64,000 nt of DNA from Candidatus Poribacteria bacterium (GTDB taxonomy: Bacteria; Poribacteria; WGA-4E; PCPOR2b), in the NCBI GenBank assembly GCA_965116925.1, contig OZ220744.1:2656001-2720000 (forward strand). Direction: 5' to 3'. A program made the position numbers and the translations under genes. This document shows, piece by piece, positions 30,577 through 40,207 of this stretch. How positions within the stretch are numbered: position 1 is the first letter of the stretch; each line of letters starts with the position of its first letter. The notes below the pieces were generated by a model. It was given only the letters and a program-made list of their open reading frames with translations. It was not told where the DNA came from and searched no databases.

Positions 30577-31662
30577 ATGCTAACGTATCAAGATATAGGT
30601 ATCAAACCTTTTATTAACGCAAGTGGGACTATCACCACGCTCGGTGGCAGCATCATGCCAACAGAGGTGGTTGAATCCATGCGTGAAGCAGCAACTTCGT
30701 TCATCCATCTCAATGAACTCCATGAGAGGGTCGGGGACAAATTGGCGGAGATGATTGGGGTCGAAGCTGCATTCGTTTCTTGTGGGGCTGCGAGTGGTGT
30801 GCAGGTCTCGGCTGCCGCGTGTCTGACGGGCACAGATATGGATCGCGTTCACAAGCTGCCGGACACGAGCGGCGCAAAAAACGAGTTTATTATCAGCTTG
30901 GTTGATTCGCACTTCTACATCCATCAGGGGATTGAGGCGGTCGGTGGAACGTTAGTCAAGGTCGGCACCCGCGAAGCGGTTACTGCAGCAGACATGATAG
31001 ATGCGATTGGTCCCAATACCGCGGCGATTGTCTTCTTCTTTGGTGCACAACCGAAGGAGCAGCTTGCAGAGATTATTCCTGAAGCTACGGCGCGTGGGGT
31101 GCCTGTGGTGGTCGATGCCGCAGCACAGTTGCCGCCCCGATCGAACTTGACAGAGATTGCTGGTTTGGGTGCATCGTTGGTCAATTTCAGCGGCGGAAAA
31201 GGGATGCGTGGACCTCAAAATTCAGGATTGGTCATTGGGAAGAAGGAGTTTGTCGAAGCAGCACGGTATAACTCTAACCCGCACAGCGCGATTGGGCGTG
31301 GCATGAAGGTTGGCAAAGAGGAGGTCATGGGACTGCTCACAGCCGTTGAAGTCTTCCTTGGAAAAGATGAGAAAGAGGAGTATGCCGAGTGGCGTGCACA
31401 GATGGAACATATCGCCCAAGCCGCTGAGTCAATTGATGGAGTTCAGGCGCAGGTGGTCGATGCCAAGCAGCATCCTTCGGTGCAAATCACCCTTGACGCT
31501 TCAGTTGGGAAAACAGCGGCAGAGGTGAACAGTGAGTTGAGAGAGGGAACGCCCTCCATTGTAAACGGTGGGGGTAATGACAGTGTGGTGTTTAATCCGA
31601 TGACGCTTCTGCCGGGCGAGGAGGAAGCGATTGCTAACCGCTTGGTTGAAGTGTTGACGTGA
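30577..31662 (+). CDS. SelA-like/DgaE-family PLP-dependent enzyme
   Basis: INASGT.T.LGGS, VDAAAQ, FSGGKG.RGPQ, IGRGMKVGKEE. Confidence 0.88.
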   Translation: MLTYQDIGIKPFINASGTITTLGGSIMPTEVVESMREAATSFIHLNELHERVGDKLAEMIGVEAAFVSCGAASGVQVSAAACLTGTDMDRVHKLPDTSGAKNEFIISLVDSHFYIHQGIEAVGGTLVKVGTREAVTAADMIDAIGPNTAAIVFFFGAQPKEQLAEIIPEATARGVPVVVDAAAQLPPRSNLTEIAGLGASLVNFSGGKGMRGPQNSGLVIGKKEFVEAARYNSNPHSAIGRGMKVGKEEVMGLLTAVEVFLGKDEKEEYAEWRAQMEHIAQAAESIDGVQAQVVDAKQHPSVQITLDASVGKTAAEVNSELREGTPSIVNGGGNDSVVFNPMTLLPGEEEAIANRLVEVLT

Positions 31663-31709
31663 TGCGTGAAACGCAAAAAGATAGAAGGCAAGGTGCCGAG
31701 GGGGACGTG

Positions 31710-33215
31710 ATGGACCGAGAGCAGATGAGCAACGAGGAGAACTATTGCTTCGATGTCGCTGGCTATCTAATTGTTCGAGATGTCCTGACGCGAGAAGATA
31801 TTGAGGCGTGTAACCAGGATCTCGATCAGAAAGGAACTACTCCACTACCGGAGTCTTTGGCAAAACTACGTGACCATCCTGTGTTGGAATGGTATCTCAA
31901 CCAGATCTGTGGGGAAGAGTTCCAACTTGACCGGGAGCCGCGTCTCCTCGGAGAGGCGGGGGAGAACGTAGGCAGTCCGCTGTTCGGCGGCAACGAGCCG
32001 CGGGACCTGGCTCGTGGTTATTACCAACAGAACGATGCCCGGTTCTGTCAGGGAGTTCTTGCAGTTTGGGCGTTGGAAGACGTAAACGAAGGTGATGGTG
32101 GCTTCGTACTGATCCCATCTAGCCACAAGAACTACGTGGAAACGCCGAAAGATGTGCTGACCGGCGCGGACGATATGGGGCTGCCCCTCCAGCCATCTCT
32201 TAAAGCGGGGGACCTGCTGCTCTGTGCGGAGACCACACTGCACGGGGTGAGACCGTGGAAGGGGAATGGCCCGCAGCGACTGCTCGCATACGGATATATC
32301 GCTAATAACGCGCGCCGATCAATTGATGCTGATGCTGAACCTGAGAAAGAGTCCCCTCCTGAGTGGATGGCGGAGTTGACGCCGGTACAACGGGCGGTGA
32401 TGCAGGGACAGAATTTCCAACGTGCCTACCCGCCACCTGTGGTGAAATCGGATGGGAAGACCTGTCGGATTGACAAGTCGTCCGAACTGTATCACCCGTC
32501 GATCTATATCCGTGATCCGGAGTCGGAGATTGATGAGAAGGAGCTCTACTTCTGGGATCTGTGCGGACACCTTGTGCTTCGGAACGTGATGGATGCGGCG
32601 TGGCTTGAAGCAGCAAACGAAGCAATCGACAAGTTTGCGGATCAGATTGTGGTGGGTGGAGCCCCTGACAAAGGCTCAAAAACGCTCGCAGGAACGGGGA
32701 GACCTGATCTCGGAGGTCTATTTGAACTACCAAAGCCGTATTGCAATCCCTTTCGAGAGATGATTGCCCATCCAGCGGTGATACATCGAATAAACTGGAT
32801 GGTGGGGAGTGGCTTCCGCTGTGGCAACGCCACAGCGATATGCTCGGTGAAGGGAACTGCTGGGCACGCGCTGCACAGTGGCAGCGATCCTGCGAGGCCG
32901 GGAAATAGCTACTTCTTCCAGAACGGACGAACCTACTGCGACTCGGTGAATGTGGCGTGGCAGCTGCGCGATGTGACGGAAGCGGATGGCGGGTTTGTGT
33001 GCCTTCCGGGTAGCCATAAGGCGAGGTATCCTATGCCGCCGGGTGTCCAATCCTGCGATGAGCCTATGGGACTGGTCCGCCATGTGTCAATGAAAGCGGG
33101 GGATGTGCTTATGTTCATGGCGGGCGCACAAACACACGGTGCTTACCCGTGGAGGAGCGATACCCAGCGTCGTACTGTCCTGATGAACTATATGGGCAGA
33201 CATATTGCTTTGTGA
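31710..33215 (+). CDS. Tandem phytanoyl-CoA dioxygenase (PhyH)-like Fe/2OG protein
   Basis: Two repeats of FD..GYL / W.L.DV..GDGGF..PGSHK / KAGD..HG. Confidence 0.85.
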   Translation: MDREQMSNEENYCFDVAGYLIVRDVLTREDIEACNQDLDQKGTTPLPESLAKLRDHPVLEWYLNQICGEEFQLDREPRLLGEAGENVGSPLFGGNEPRDLARGYYQQNDARFCQGVLAVWALEDVNEGDGGFVLIPSSHKNYVETPKDVLTGADDMGLPLQPSLKAGDLLLCAETTLHGVRPWKGNGPQRLLAYGYIANNARRSIDADAEPEKESPPEWMAELTPVQRAVMQGQNFQRAYPPPVVKSDGKTCRIDKSSELYHPSIYIRDPESEIDEKELYFWDLCGHLVLRNVMDAAWLEAANEAIDKFADQIVVGGAPDKGSKTLAGTGRPDLGGLFELPKPYCNPFREMIAHPAVIHRINWMVGSGFRCGNATAICSVKGTAGHALHSGSDPARPGNSYFFQNGRTYCDSVNVAWQLRDVTEADGGFVCLPGSHKARYPMPPGVQSCDEPMGLVRHVSMKAGDVLMFMAGAQTHGAYPWRSDTQRRTVLMNYMGRHIAL

Positions 33216-33246
33216 TGCGGTTTTTGAGTTGTGGGAGAATAACATC

Positions 33247-34236
33247 ATGGATCATCGTGCACATGTGTACAAAGGTTCGCCGCCGAATCACTGCGTCTGT
33301 GATCAGGCGTTGCGTCAACTTCCCAATGGCGATTGGGGTATCATCTTCATGACTGGTGGAACACACGAGCCAGAGATAGAGAATCATATAGTGATGTGTC
33401 GATCGACGGATCAGGGAAAGACTTGGAGCCCGCCGGAAACTGTCCTCCGTTTCGATGACCGCGCTTGTCTTCTCTCTGAGGTCATTGTCCACGGCGACAA
33501 GATTCGCATCATAGGTGAGAGTCATCTTGGTCGGTTCGAGGATTGGCAGGTTTTTGTCCTGACTAGTGAGGATAGTGGCGAAACGTGGGGCGAACCAGTA
33601 CCTTCCACGCTACTGCCGAGGAGGACTTTCATACGTAACCTCTATATCTGCAGCTGGGGCGAGTGGTTTCTACCGTTCCAAAGCTACGATACGGTAGCGG
33701 ATCCGGTTATTTCTCCGTTAGCGGATGGATCGTTCAACAGTGCGGTCAACGGTGTGCTGATTAGTGGCGATGGGGGGCAGACATGGGAGAAATCTGCCGA
33801 AACAGGTCCAACCGCCGGGTGGGCAGAGAACAACCTCGTCGAATTGCGCGATGGCCGATTGGTGATGCTCATCCGCGCTGATCGTACCGGCTATCTGAAA
33901 AGGAGCGAATCGACAGATTGGGGACGGACGTGGTCGACACCGGCACCGACCGATATCCCGAACCCCGGCACCAAGTTTCGGCTGCACCGTCTCAGCGGTG
34001 GGCGAATCGTCCTGATCCATAATCCGAATCCGAAGCCGGGTGTCCGAAACCCGTTGGCGTTGTGGGCTTCCGACGATGATATGAACACATGGCCGCACCG
34101 GCGGACGCTAATTGATTTTCCTGGGCAACTTCAGTATCCAGATGGGTTTGTGGATGCGGCGGAGGAGTATGTCCATTTTGCTTTTGACTATAATCGGCAT
34201 GATCTGATTTATGTTGGCGCGAAATTGCCGACTTGA
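33247..34236 (+). CDS. BNR/sialidase-family protein
   Basis: Asp-boxes STDQGKTW, SEDSGETW, SGDGGQTW, STDWGRTW; QYP. Confidence 0.85.
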   Translation: MDHRAHVYKGSPPNHCVCDQALRQLPNGDWGIIFMTGGTHEPEIENHIVMCRSTDQGKTWSPPETVLRFDDRACLLSEVIVHGDKIRIIGESHLGRFEDWQVFVLTSEDSGETWGEPVPSTLLPRRTFIRNLYICSWGEWFLPFQSYDTVADPVISPLADGSFNSAVNGVLISGDGGQTWEKSAETGPTAGWAENNLVELRDGRLVMLIRADRTGYLKRSESTDWGRTWSTPAPTDIPNPGTKFRLHRLSGGRIVLIHNPNPKPGVRNPLALWASDDDMNTWPHRRTLIDFPGQLQYPDGFVDAAEEYVHFAFDYNRHDLIYVGAKLPT

Positions 34237-34256
34237 TTTTTGTAATTGGAGGGATT

Positions 34257-34889
34257 ATGAGCAAAATTAAAACAGCGGTAATCACCGGGCAACATGCCTT
34301 TGATGTGCCGGGGTTTCATGGGTTGTTCAGGAGCATTCCCGAAATAGATTTTTATCTACAGGATCTGGAGAACTTTGCAGCCGATGCCGGCAAGGTCCGA
34401 GATCAGTATGATGCGCTTGTGTTCTATAACTTTCACCGGGTGACGCCTGATGAGGGGAGAGTCAGGGAAGCGATTGAAGGGTTAGGCGAAGATGGGACGG
34501 GTATTTTGGTGCTGCACCACGCCATCCTTGCGTTTCCAGAATGGCAGCTGTGGTCGGATCTGTGCGGCATTCAAGATCGGAGTTTCGGTGTCCAGATTGA
34601 CCAGACCGTGCACGTTGACATCGTGGATTCGCAGCACCCAACCACGCAGGGATTAAATGCGTGGGAGATGGTGGATGAGATCTATATTATGGCAGATCCG
34701 GGGGAGGACAGCGAACTGTTGTTGACCACCGATCACCCCGATAGCATGAAAACGTTAGCGTGGGCACGACAGTACAAAAATGCACGTGTGTTCTGCTGTC
34801 AGTCGGGTCACGACGATCAGGTTTTCTCTGACCCAAATTTCCGCACGGTGATTTCGCAGGGCATTCAGTGGTTAGCGGGCAAGATTTAG
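34257..34889 (+). CDS. ThuA-like domain protein
   Basis: GILVLHHA, HPTT, DEIY, AWARQY..RVF..SGHD. Confidence 0.85.
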   Translation: MSKIKTAVITGQHAFDVPGFHGLFRSIPEIDFYLQDLENFAADAGKVRDQYDALVFYNFHRVTPDEGRVREAIEGLGEDGTGILVLHHAILAFPEWQLWSDLCGIQDRSFGVQIDQTVHVDIVDSQHPTTQGLNAWEMVDEIYIMADPGEDSELLLTTDHPDSMKTLAWARQYKNARVFCCQSGHDDQVFSDPNFRTVISQGIQWLAGKI

Positions 34890-34901
34890 GGGAGAAAGTT
34901 A

Positions 34902-35852
34902 ATGCGCACATTGAGCATTCAAGGCTTACCCGATAAGAGACGGCAGAAAGTGCTTGTCCACGATTGGCCCGAACCGGAAGGACCAACTGGTAACGAAGTC
35001 AAGACTGAGACGATCTATTCCGGGATAACAAACGGCACGGAACGAAATCAACTGATCGGCGGAAACTACGCTCCCAAAGATGAACAGCTGCCCACCGGCG
35101 GAAACGGTTACCAAAATGTGGGACGGGTAATTGAGGTGGGTCCCGATGTCAGCGAATTGCAGATTGGGGATGTGCTGTATATGAGTGCTATCCATGCGGA
35201 ATACGTGGTGATCGCAGAGGATGACCTGCTCATTAAGCTGCCTGACTCGATTGACCGGACGGAGGCTGCACTTTTCGGGATGACCAGCGTCGCGATGCGT
35301 ACCTGCCGGAACACCGAGCTGAAGATGGGAGAACGGGTGCTGATTGTGGGGGCTGGCATCATCGGTCAGGTCGCTGCACAGATCGCAGCCGTTATGGGTG
35401 CCCGCCCCACGCTTTGCGATATTAACCCCAACCGTTTGGAGCTTGCTAGGGAGATCGGTGCGGTTGAAACCGTTCTGGATGTTTCGGGCGATGGCTGGGA
35501 AAATGGAGTCGCTGACGGGACATTCGACGCAGTGATTGACTTTGCGGGTGTTCCGGGCATGGAGGACCAACTGATCAGTGCGGTGCGCCGCCGTGGCAGG
35601 GTGATATTCATCGCTGGACGAGGCAAAGTGACTTATACCTTTAACCTCGGTCAGGGACAGGAGATTCAACTGAAGCAGAACAGCCACTTTGATCGCGATG
35701 ACCTACAGAATCTATGTCGTCTTGTAGATCGGGGGTTGGTGAAAATTGCGCCGTTAATTCGCGATGTTGTCCCGGTGAGTGAAGCCAAGCGGATCTATGA
35801 CATACTCCGGGATAACCCTAATGAATTATTGGGGACGGTGTTTGTGTGGTAA
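34902..35852 (+). CDS. Zinc-binding (MDR) dehydrogenase-like protein
   Basis: YSGITNGTE, GYQNVGRV.EVG, GAGIIG. Confidence 0.85.
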   Translation: MRTLSIQGLPDKRRQKVLVHDWPEPEGPTGNEVKTETIYSGITNGTERNQLIGGNYAPKDEQLPTGGNGYQNVGRVIEVGPDVSELQIGDVLYMSAIHAEYVVIAEDDLLIKLPDSIDRTEAALFGMTSVAMRTCRNTELKMGERVLIVGAGIIGQVAAQIAAVMGARPTLCDINPNRLELAREIGAVETVLDVSGDGWENGVADGTFDAVIDFAGVPGMEDQLISAVRRRGRVIFIAGRGKVTYTFNLGQGQEIQLKQNSHFDRDDLQNLCRLVDRGLVKIAPLIRDVVPVSEAKRIYDILRDNPNELLGTVFVW

Positions 35853-35860
35853 CGTTTGGG

Positions 35861-35921
35861 TGTCGAGATGTGAATCTCGACCTACAGTTGGGTTTCACGT
35901 TTTCCGTTCAACCCAACCTAC
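35861..35921. repeat. Two REP-like units ending CCTAC
   Basis: GTCGAGAT..ATCTCGACCTAC (also 41323-41346) and GTTCAACCCAACCTAC (also 16531-16546). Confidence 0.75.
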
Positions 35922-37039
35922 AGCAGATGCCGAAAGTTGTGGATCTGATGGAACGTAATTCGATTGGCGTCGTGGTAGTTATGCGCGCCGTCGTAGGCGG
36001 TGCGAACGATGTAGAGAATGTCGTCGCCATCGAACTGCCAATCCACATACTGGAAACCGGTTAACTGAACGGATTGTTCATAAGGCAAGCCCTGATCATC
36101 CTCTAATAGCGTGAGTTTATGCTCCCAACGGAGGAGGTCTGCGGAGGTGTGCAACGACAGCACGGTGCGCCGAGAGGGTTGACTTGGGTTGGGATTGTTG
36201 TTACTGAGGGTCAGGTAGCGTCCGGTCTTCTGGTCAAAACGGATGGTGAACTTTGTCATTCCGCCGGGAAAGTCGATGAACCCTGTCTCTGGATCGAACG
36301 TGATGGTCTTACCGTCGTCGTGAACTTTAACGATTGCCGCCTTGTCCCACAGTGGGAGCGAGTTGAAGCGGAGGATATTCCAGATCTCCCCGTTCTTTGT
36401 TTTTACTATGTTCCCTTCTAACCAGCCCGGACGTTCCAATTTTCCCCATTCCTCTGGGACCCATGCTGGATCGAAGGGGAGTTTGTTGCTCATCGTCCAG
36501 TTGGCAGCGTCGAGGAGATCTGTGTCCGCATCGGCGGAGATTACGAGGGATTGGAAACCGATGCCCCAGACACATGGATTGCAGTCCTCGAATGCTCGAT
36601 ACAGCCTGCCGTCTTTCAGAAGAGTTGGCACGGGGGCACAGTGGTAATTGGGTGGTTCGTGGAACGAACCACCCTTAAACAGCAAGCCGGATTTCTCGTC
36701 TTTGGGATGGGTCCAAGTGTACCCGCCATCACAGCTGCGGCGGATCACAATTGAGCCGTATTGCTGTGATGTGCCGAATAGGTAAACATCGCCGTTGTGG
36801 GTAAATAGCGAACTCCAGAATGCGTTGGCGATGTGGGTGAGGTTAGCCCAAGTGTCTCCGTTGTTATCAGAACAGTAGACGCTGGTTAGGTGTTCCTCGT
36901 TTTCGTGGTTCAGAGGGCAGCCTTTCCCGAAATAGTCGTGCGTTGCGAGCAGCGTTCCATCTGGGAGCCGGACGATGCTCGGACTGCCGAGGTAGGTTTG
37001 TGTTTTGGCGTCCTGAAACTTGATTTCGTTAAAGTCCAT
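35918..37039 (-). CDS. BNR/sialidase-family protein
   Basis: YLGSPSI, SDNNGDTW, SCDGGYTW, WLEGN, GFQYVDWQFDG, HDANR. Confidence 0.85.
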   Translation of the reverse strand: MDFNEIKFQDAKTQTYLGSPSIVRLPDGTLLATHDYFGKGCPLNHENEEHLTSVYCSDNNGDTWANLTHIANAFWSSLFTHNGDVYLFGTSQQYGSIVIRRSCDGGYTWTHPKDEKSGLLFKGGSFHEPPNYHCAPVPTLLKDGRLYRAFEDCNPCVWGIGFQSLVISADADTDLLDAANWTMSNKLPFDPAWVPEEWGKLERPGWLEGNIVKTKNGEIWNILRFNSLPLWDKAAIVKVHDDGKTITFDPETGFIDFPGGMTKFTIRFDQKTGRYLTLSNNNPNPSQPSRRTVLSLHTSADLLRWEHKLTLLEDDQGLPYEQSVQLTGFQYVDWQFDGDDILYIVRTAYDGAHNYHDANRITFHQIHNFRHLL

Positions 37040-37138
37040 AGATTACCTTTCATTTAGGGCTGAATTGGTTAAAAGCATACGAAGATCTCTTTCAGTTTAC
37101 CAAAGTTGGGGGATTAGGGCAACGAAAAGGAGTTGGAC

Positions 37139-37987
37139 ATGCAGATTGTGGTCACCGGTGCGAGTGGTCGTATTGGTCGTTATGTTGTGAAGGAATTGGT
37201 GAATGCGGGCCACAATGTCACTGGCATTGATATATTAGCATCCGAAGAGAGAATGTCTCGCTTTTTACGCGTTGATCTGACCGATGCGGGTGAAGTGTAT
37301 CAAGCATTAGCCGCTACGGAAGCTGAGGCAGTTGTCCACTTAGGGGCATGGGCGAATGCGGGTGTTGTTCCTGACACACGGACCTACGGGGATAATGTTC
37401 AAGGGACTTTTAATCTGTTTCAGGCGTGTGTGGATTTGGGGATTCAACGTGTGATTTCAGCGTCTAGCGCACAGGTCTACGGATTTGCTCAAGCACCACC
37501 TGTCTATGTGCCGGCTGACGAAGCCCATCCGTTACGTCCCGCCAACTGTTATGCGCTTTCAAAGGTGGTGGGAGAGCAGGCTGCAGATTACTTCGTCGAG
37601 CGTTTTGGGCTGACGATTCTTTCCTTCCGGTTGATGGGGATTCGGATGCCAAGCCAACTGGACGCGGAAATTGATGAGTTGGTACAGGATCCGAGCAAGG
37701 GGACATCTCTGCTATGGACACGCACGGACGCTCGTGATGCTGCAATTGCGTGTCGGTTGGCGGTTGAGGCAGAATCGGTGGCTTCGGGGGCTTACAATAT
37801 TACTGGGGCGCGGGTTGTGTTGTCGGAACCGACTGCGACGTTGGTGGAACGCTATTTTGGGGATGAGACGGAGATTCAGGATGCGTTGCTAGGTCATATT
37901 TCTCCTATGAGTTGTGATAAGGCGGAAGCGGCTTTCGGCTATCAACCGCGATTTGTATGGTCTGTGTCGGACAGATACAGGGAATGA
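37139..37987 (+). CDS. NAD-dependent epimerase/dehydratase
   Basis: VTGASGRIG, ASS, YALSK. Confidence 0.9.
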   Translation: MQIVVTGASGRIGRYVVKELVNAGHNVTGIDILASEERMSRFLRVDLTDAGEVYQALAATEAEAVVHLGAWANAGVVPDTRTYGDNVQGTFNLFQACVDLGIQRVISASSAQVYGFAQAPPVYVPADEAHPLRPANCYALSKVVGEQAADYFVERFGLTILSFRLMGIRMPSQLDAEIDELVQDPSKGTSLLWTRTDARDAAIACRLAVEAESVASGAYNITGARVVLSEPTATLVERYFGDETEIQDALLGHISPMSCDKAEAAFGYQPRFVWSVSDRYRE

Positions 37988-38009
37988 TGCAAAAAATGGT
38001 AGATACGGT

Positions 38010-38039
38010 GGTTACGGCACGCGGAGCGTGCCTACTACT
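38010..38039. repeat. GTAG REP-like unit
   Basis: GGTTACGGCACGCGGAGCGTGCCTACTACT; inverted relative at 52591-52620. Confidence 0.7.
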
Positions 38040-38041
38040 TT

Positions 38042-38812
38042 ATGGAGAGAACTGTGCTGATTCATAATCCGAAAGGTCATTATCATTTTCTTAAGGGTAT
38101 CGATCCGTATTCCTGCGGTGTTATCGCTGATTCCGGTTATGAGATCGTCAATGTTACATTGAAACATTCCATCCCATGGCGTGAGGGATTTACGCGCATT
38201 GATGCGTATTTGAGGTCCCAGGGGTGTAAACGGACAGCGTTGTGTGCGATGCAACTCCGTAGTCCGGCACCTTTCACTATGGAGGGGTTCATTGATTTTA
38301 ATCGCGGTTACTGCGAAGTTTTGCAGGAGTGGGGGCTTTATGTAGAAGAACTCAATCCGTTGGCACGCACAAATGTGGCACCGTTGGTAGAGCCACCGGC
38401 AGTCCCGATGCTTTACGGCTTTTCGTATGTGCGTCCTTGCGATAATGCAGCGCAATCGACCTTTATCATTGCTGGTGCCGGTGAACTTTTGGAGGCGGCG
38501 TTGAACTCCGAAGGGATTGTTCGATGGGGGGAAACCGGTAGTGATGCGATACGAGAGAAGGCGACTTATGTTGTCGAAGTGATGGAGGAAAGGCTCTTGG
38601 GGTTGGGCGGAACTTGGGAGGCGGTCAATCGGATCAATATCTATACCGTGCATCCGATCAGCGGTCTCGTCGAAGATATTGTGCTGCCGAAGCTAGTCGC
38701 GGGTAGAGGGCACGGCATCCACTGGTATCCCTCCCGTCCACCGATTGTGGATATAGAATACGAGATGGATATGCGGGGGGTAGTGCAAGAGTTATACGTT
38801 GATTTCAGTTGA
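38042..38812 (+). CDS. CnbZ-like (RidA-fold) deaminase family protein
   Basis: PYSCGV, LRSPAPFT..GF..FN..Y, NPLARTNVAP, SRPPI..EYEMD.RG. Confidence 0.7.
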   Translation: MERTVLIHNPKGHYHFLKGIDPYSCGVIADSGYEIVNVTLKHSIPWREGFTRIDAYLRSQGCKRTALCAMQLRSPAPFTMEGFIDFNRGYCEVLQEWGLYVEELNPLARTNVAPLVEPPAVPMLYGFSYVRPCDNAAQSTFIIAGAGELLEAALNSEGIVRWGETGSDAIREKATYVVEVMEERLLGLGGTWEAVNRINIYTVHPISGLVEDIVLPKLVAGRGHGIHWYPSRPPIVDIEYEMDMRGVVQELYVDFS

Positions 38813-38945
38813 ATGCTCCTTTCTACAGATTTCAATAGTGTAGTAATTAAGAGCAATTCATGTAAAGCTTATTTAGGACGGATCAGGTCATTTCTTACCC
38901 ATTACGTTTTACGTATTATTTTCTACCGATTTCAAAGGAGAATCC

Positions 38946-39989
38946 ATGAACCAAAAGGGACAAGATATACTCGTTCAGGCAGAACCACTTCATGAATTTG
39001 CTATCGCACTCTACCAAAAAGCGGGCGTCAGTCAGGAACATGCACAGTTGATGGCGGATCTCCAAGTCGAAACCGATCTGCGGAGCGTCCACTCGCACGG
39101 CACACGCATGATACCTTGGTATGTGCGCAGCATCCTCGACGGGGCGATGAACCCCAGTCCAGACATTCGCGTTGTCCAAGAGGGTCCCGGCTTTGCCGTC
39201 ATTGATGGGGATAACGGTCTGGGACACCCACCGAGTGCGTTGGCGATGCAGATGGCAATCGAAAAAGCAGGCTCGACGGGTATCGCCGCAGCGGGAGTAC
39301 GGAATGCGGGGCATTTTGGCGCTGCCGCTTGTTACACGATGATGGCGGTCGAAGCGAAGATGATCGGCTTCTCAACGACGAACACAGGCGGGCCGTCTGT
39401 CGCTGCGCCGGGGGCGGCGGAACCTGTGGTTACAAATAACCCACTCAGTTATGGCATCCCCGCCGGCGAGGAACGCCCTATTGTGTTGGACATGGCGTGT
39501 GGTTCTTCGGCGTGGGGGAAGGTTCGGACACTGCAAATGTACGGGATTCCAATTCCCCCGGGGTGGCTATTAACCACCGACGGGAAGCCGACACAGGACC
39601 CCATCGAGGGGAAGATACTGACACCGGCAGGCGGACCGAGGGGGTACGGCTTGGCGTTGACTATGGGTATTTTAGCCGGTCCTTTGGTGGGTGGTTTGAT
39701 GGCGACCGCAAAACAGGGCGACGCTACCTCGGAACACTTTTTTATCGCAATCAATGTCGCGAGTTTCACAGACTTTGATGAGTACGCTGCAGCGATAGAT
39801 CAGGGGATCCGCGCGATTCAGGCGGCAAAACCGGTTGAGGGGGTGGATCAGGTGTATCTGCCCGGCGAAATCGAGTGGCGCAAACGCGAAGCGTGGGTTG
39901 ATAGTGCCATTCCGCTTCATGTCGATCATCTACGGGATTTGGCGAGCCTCGCAGAAGAGTTGAAGGTTGACATCTGTTGGGAATGGTAA
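38946..39989 (+). CDS. Ldh_2 (malate/L-lactate/sulfolactate dehydrogenase) family
   Basis: VHSHG, DGDNGLG, HFGA, NPLS, LDMA, YLPGE. Confidence 0.9.
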   Translation: MNQKGQDILVQAEPLHEFAIALYQKAGVSQEHAQLMADLQVETDLRSVHSHGTRMIPWYVRSILDGAMNPSPDIRVVQEGPGFAVIDGDNGLGHPPSALAMQMAIEKAGSTGIAAAGVRNAGHFGAAACYTMMAVEAKMIGFSTTNTGGPSVAAPGAAEPVVTNNPLSYGIPAGEERPIVLDMACGSSAWGKVRTLQMYGIPIPPGWLLTTDGKPTQDPIEGKILTPAGGPRGYGLALTMGILAGPLVGGLMATAKQGDATSEHFFIAINVASFTDFDEYAAAIDQGIRAIQAAKPVEGVDQVYLPGEIEWRKREAWVDSAIPLHVDHLRDLASLAEELKVDICWEW

Positions 39990-40019
39990 GCAAAAGAGCA
40001 GGCGAGGCTGGTAAATCAG

Positions 40020-40207
40020 AGCCGTGAAACGAATGTCTCTTAATCCAATAGAATGTCCCTAGGAGTGGGGGAGTCCATCTGTTTAGGGGTTCATTCGGTA
40101 CTGCCGGGGGACAGGGTGTAATTACCCCCAAGAACTAGACAGTTGACTAAGGTGGATTTTCGCGACGGCGCAGCGAAGGGCACCTATTACACTTATGCCC
40201 TGCTGCT
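40020..40207. ncRNA. Structured RNA candidate, c-di-AMP (ydaO) riboswitch-like
   Basis: TTAATCC..GGAGTGGGGGAGTCCA..TTAGGGGTTCATTC..AGGG..CCC..GAAC..GACAG order on + strand; extensive self-complementarity; 3' half deviates from consensus. Confidence 0.4.

Noticed and set aside
30577..31662. True selenocysteine synthase SelA
   Set aside because: Short, lacks the SelA N-terminal domain, no selB/selC nearby; fits the DgaE-like subfamily
40020..40207. tmRNA, RNase P, SRP or IscB omega-RNA identity
   Set aside because: Diagnostic motifs (tRNA-like ends, GAGGAAAGTCC, GGAAG..AGCAG) absent; no IscB/TnpB gene nearby
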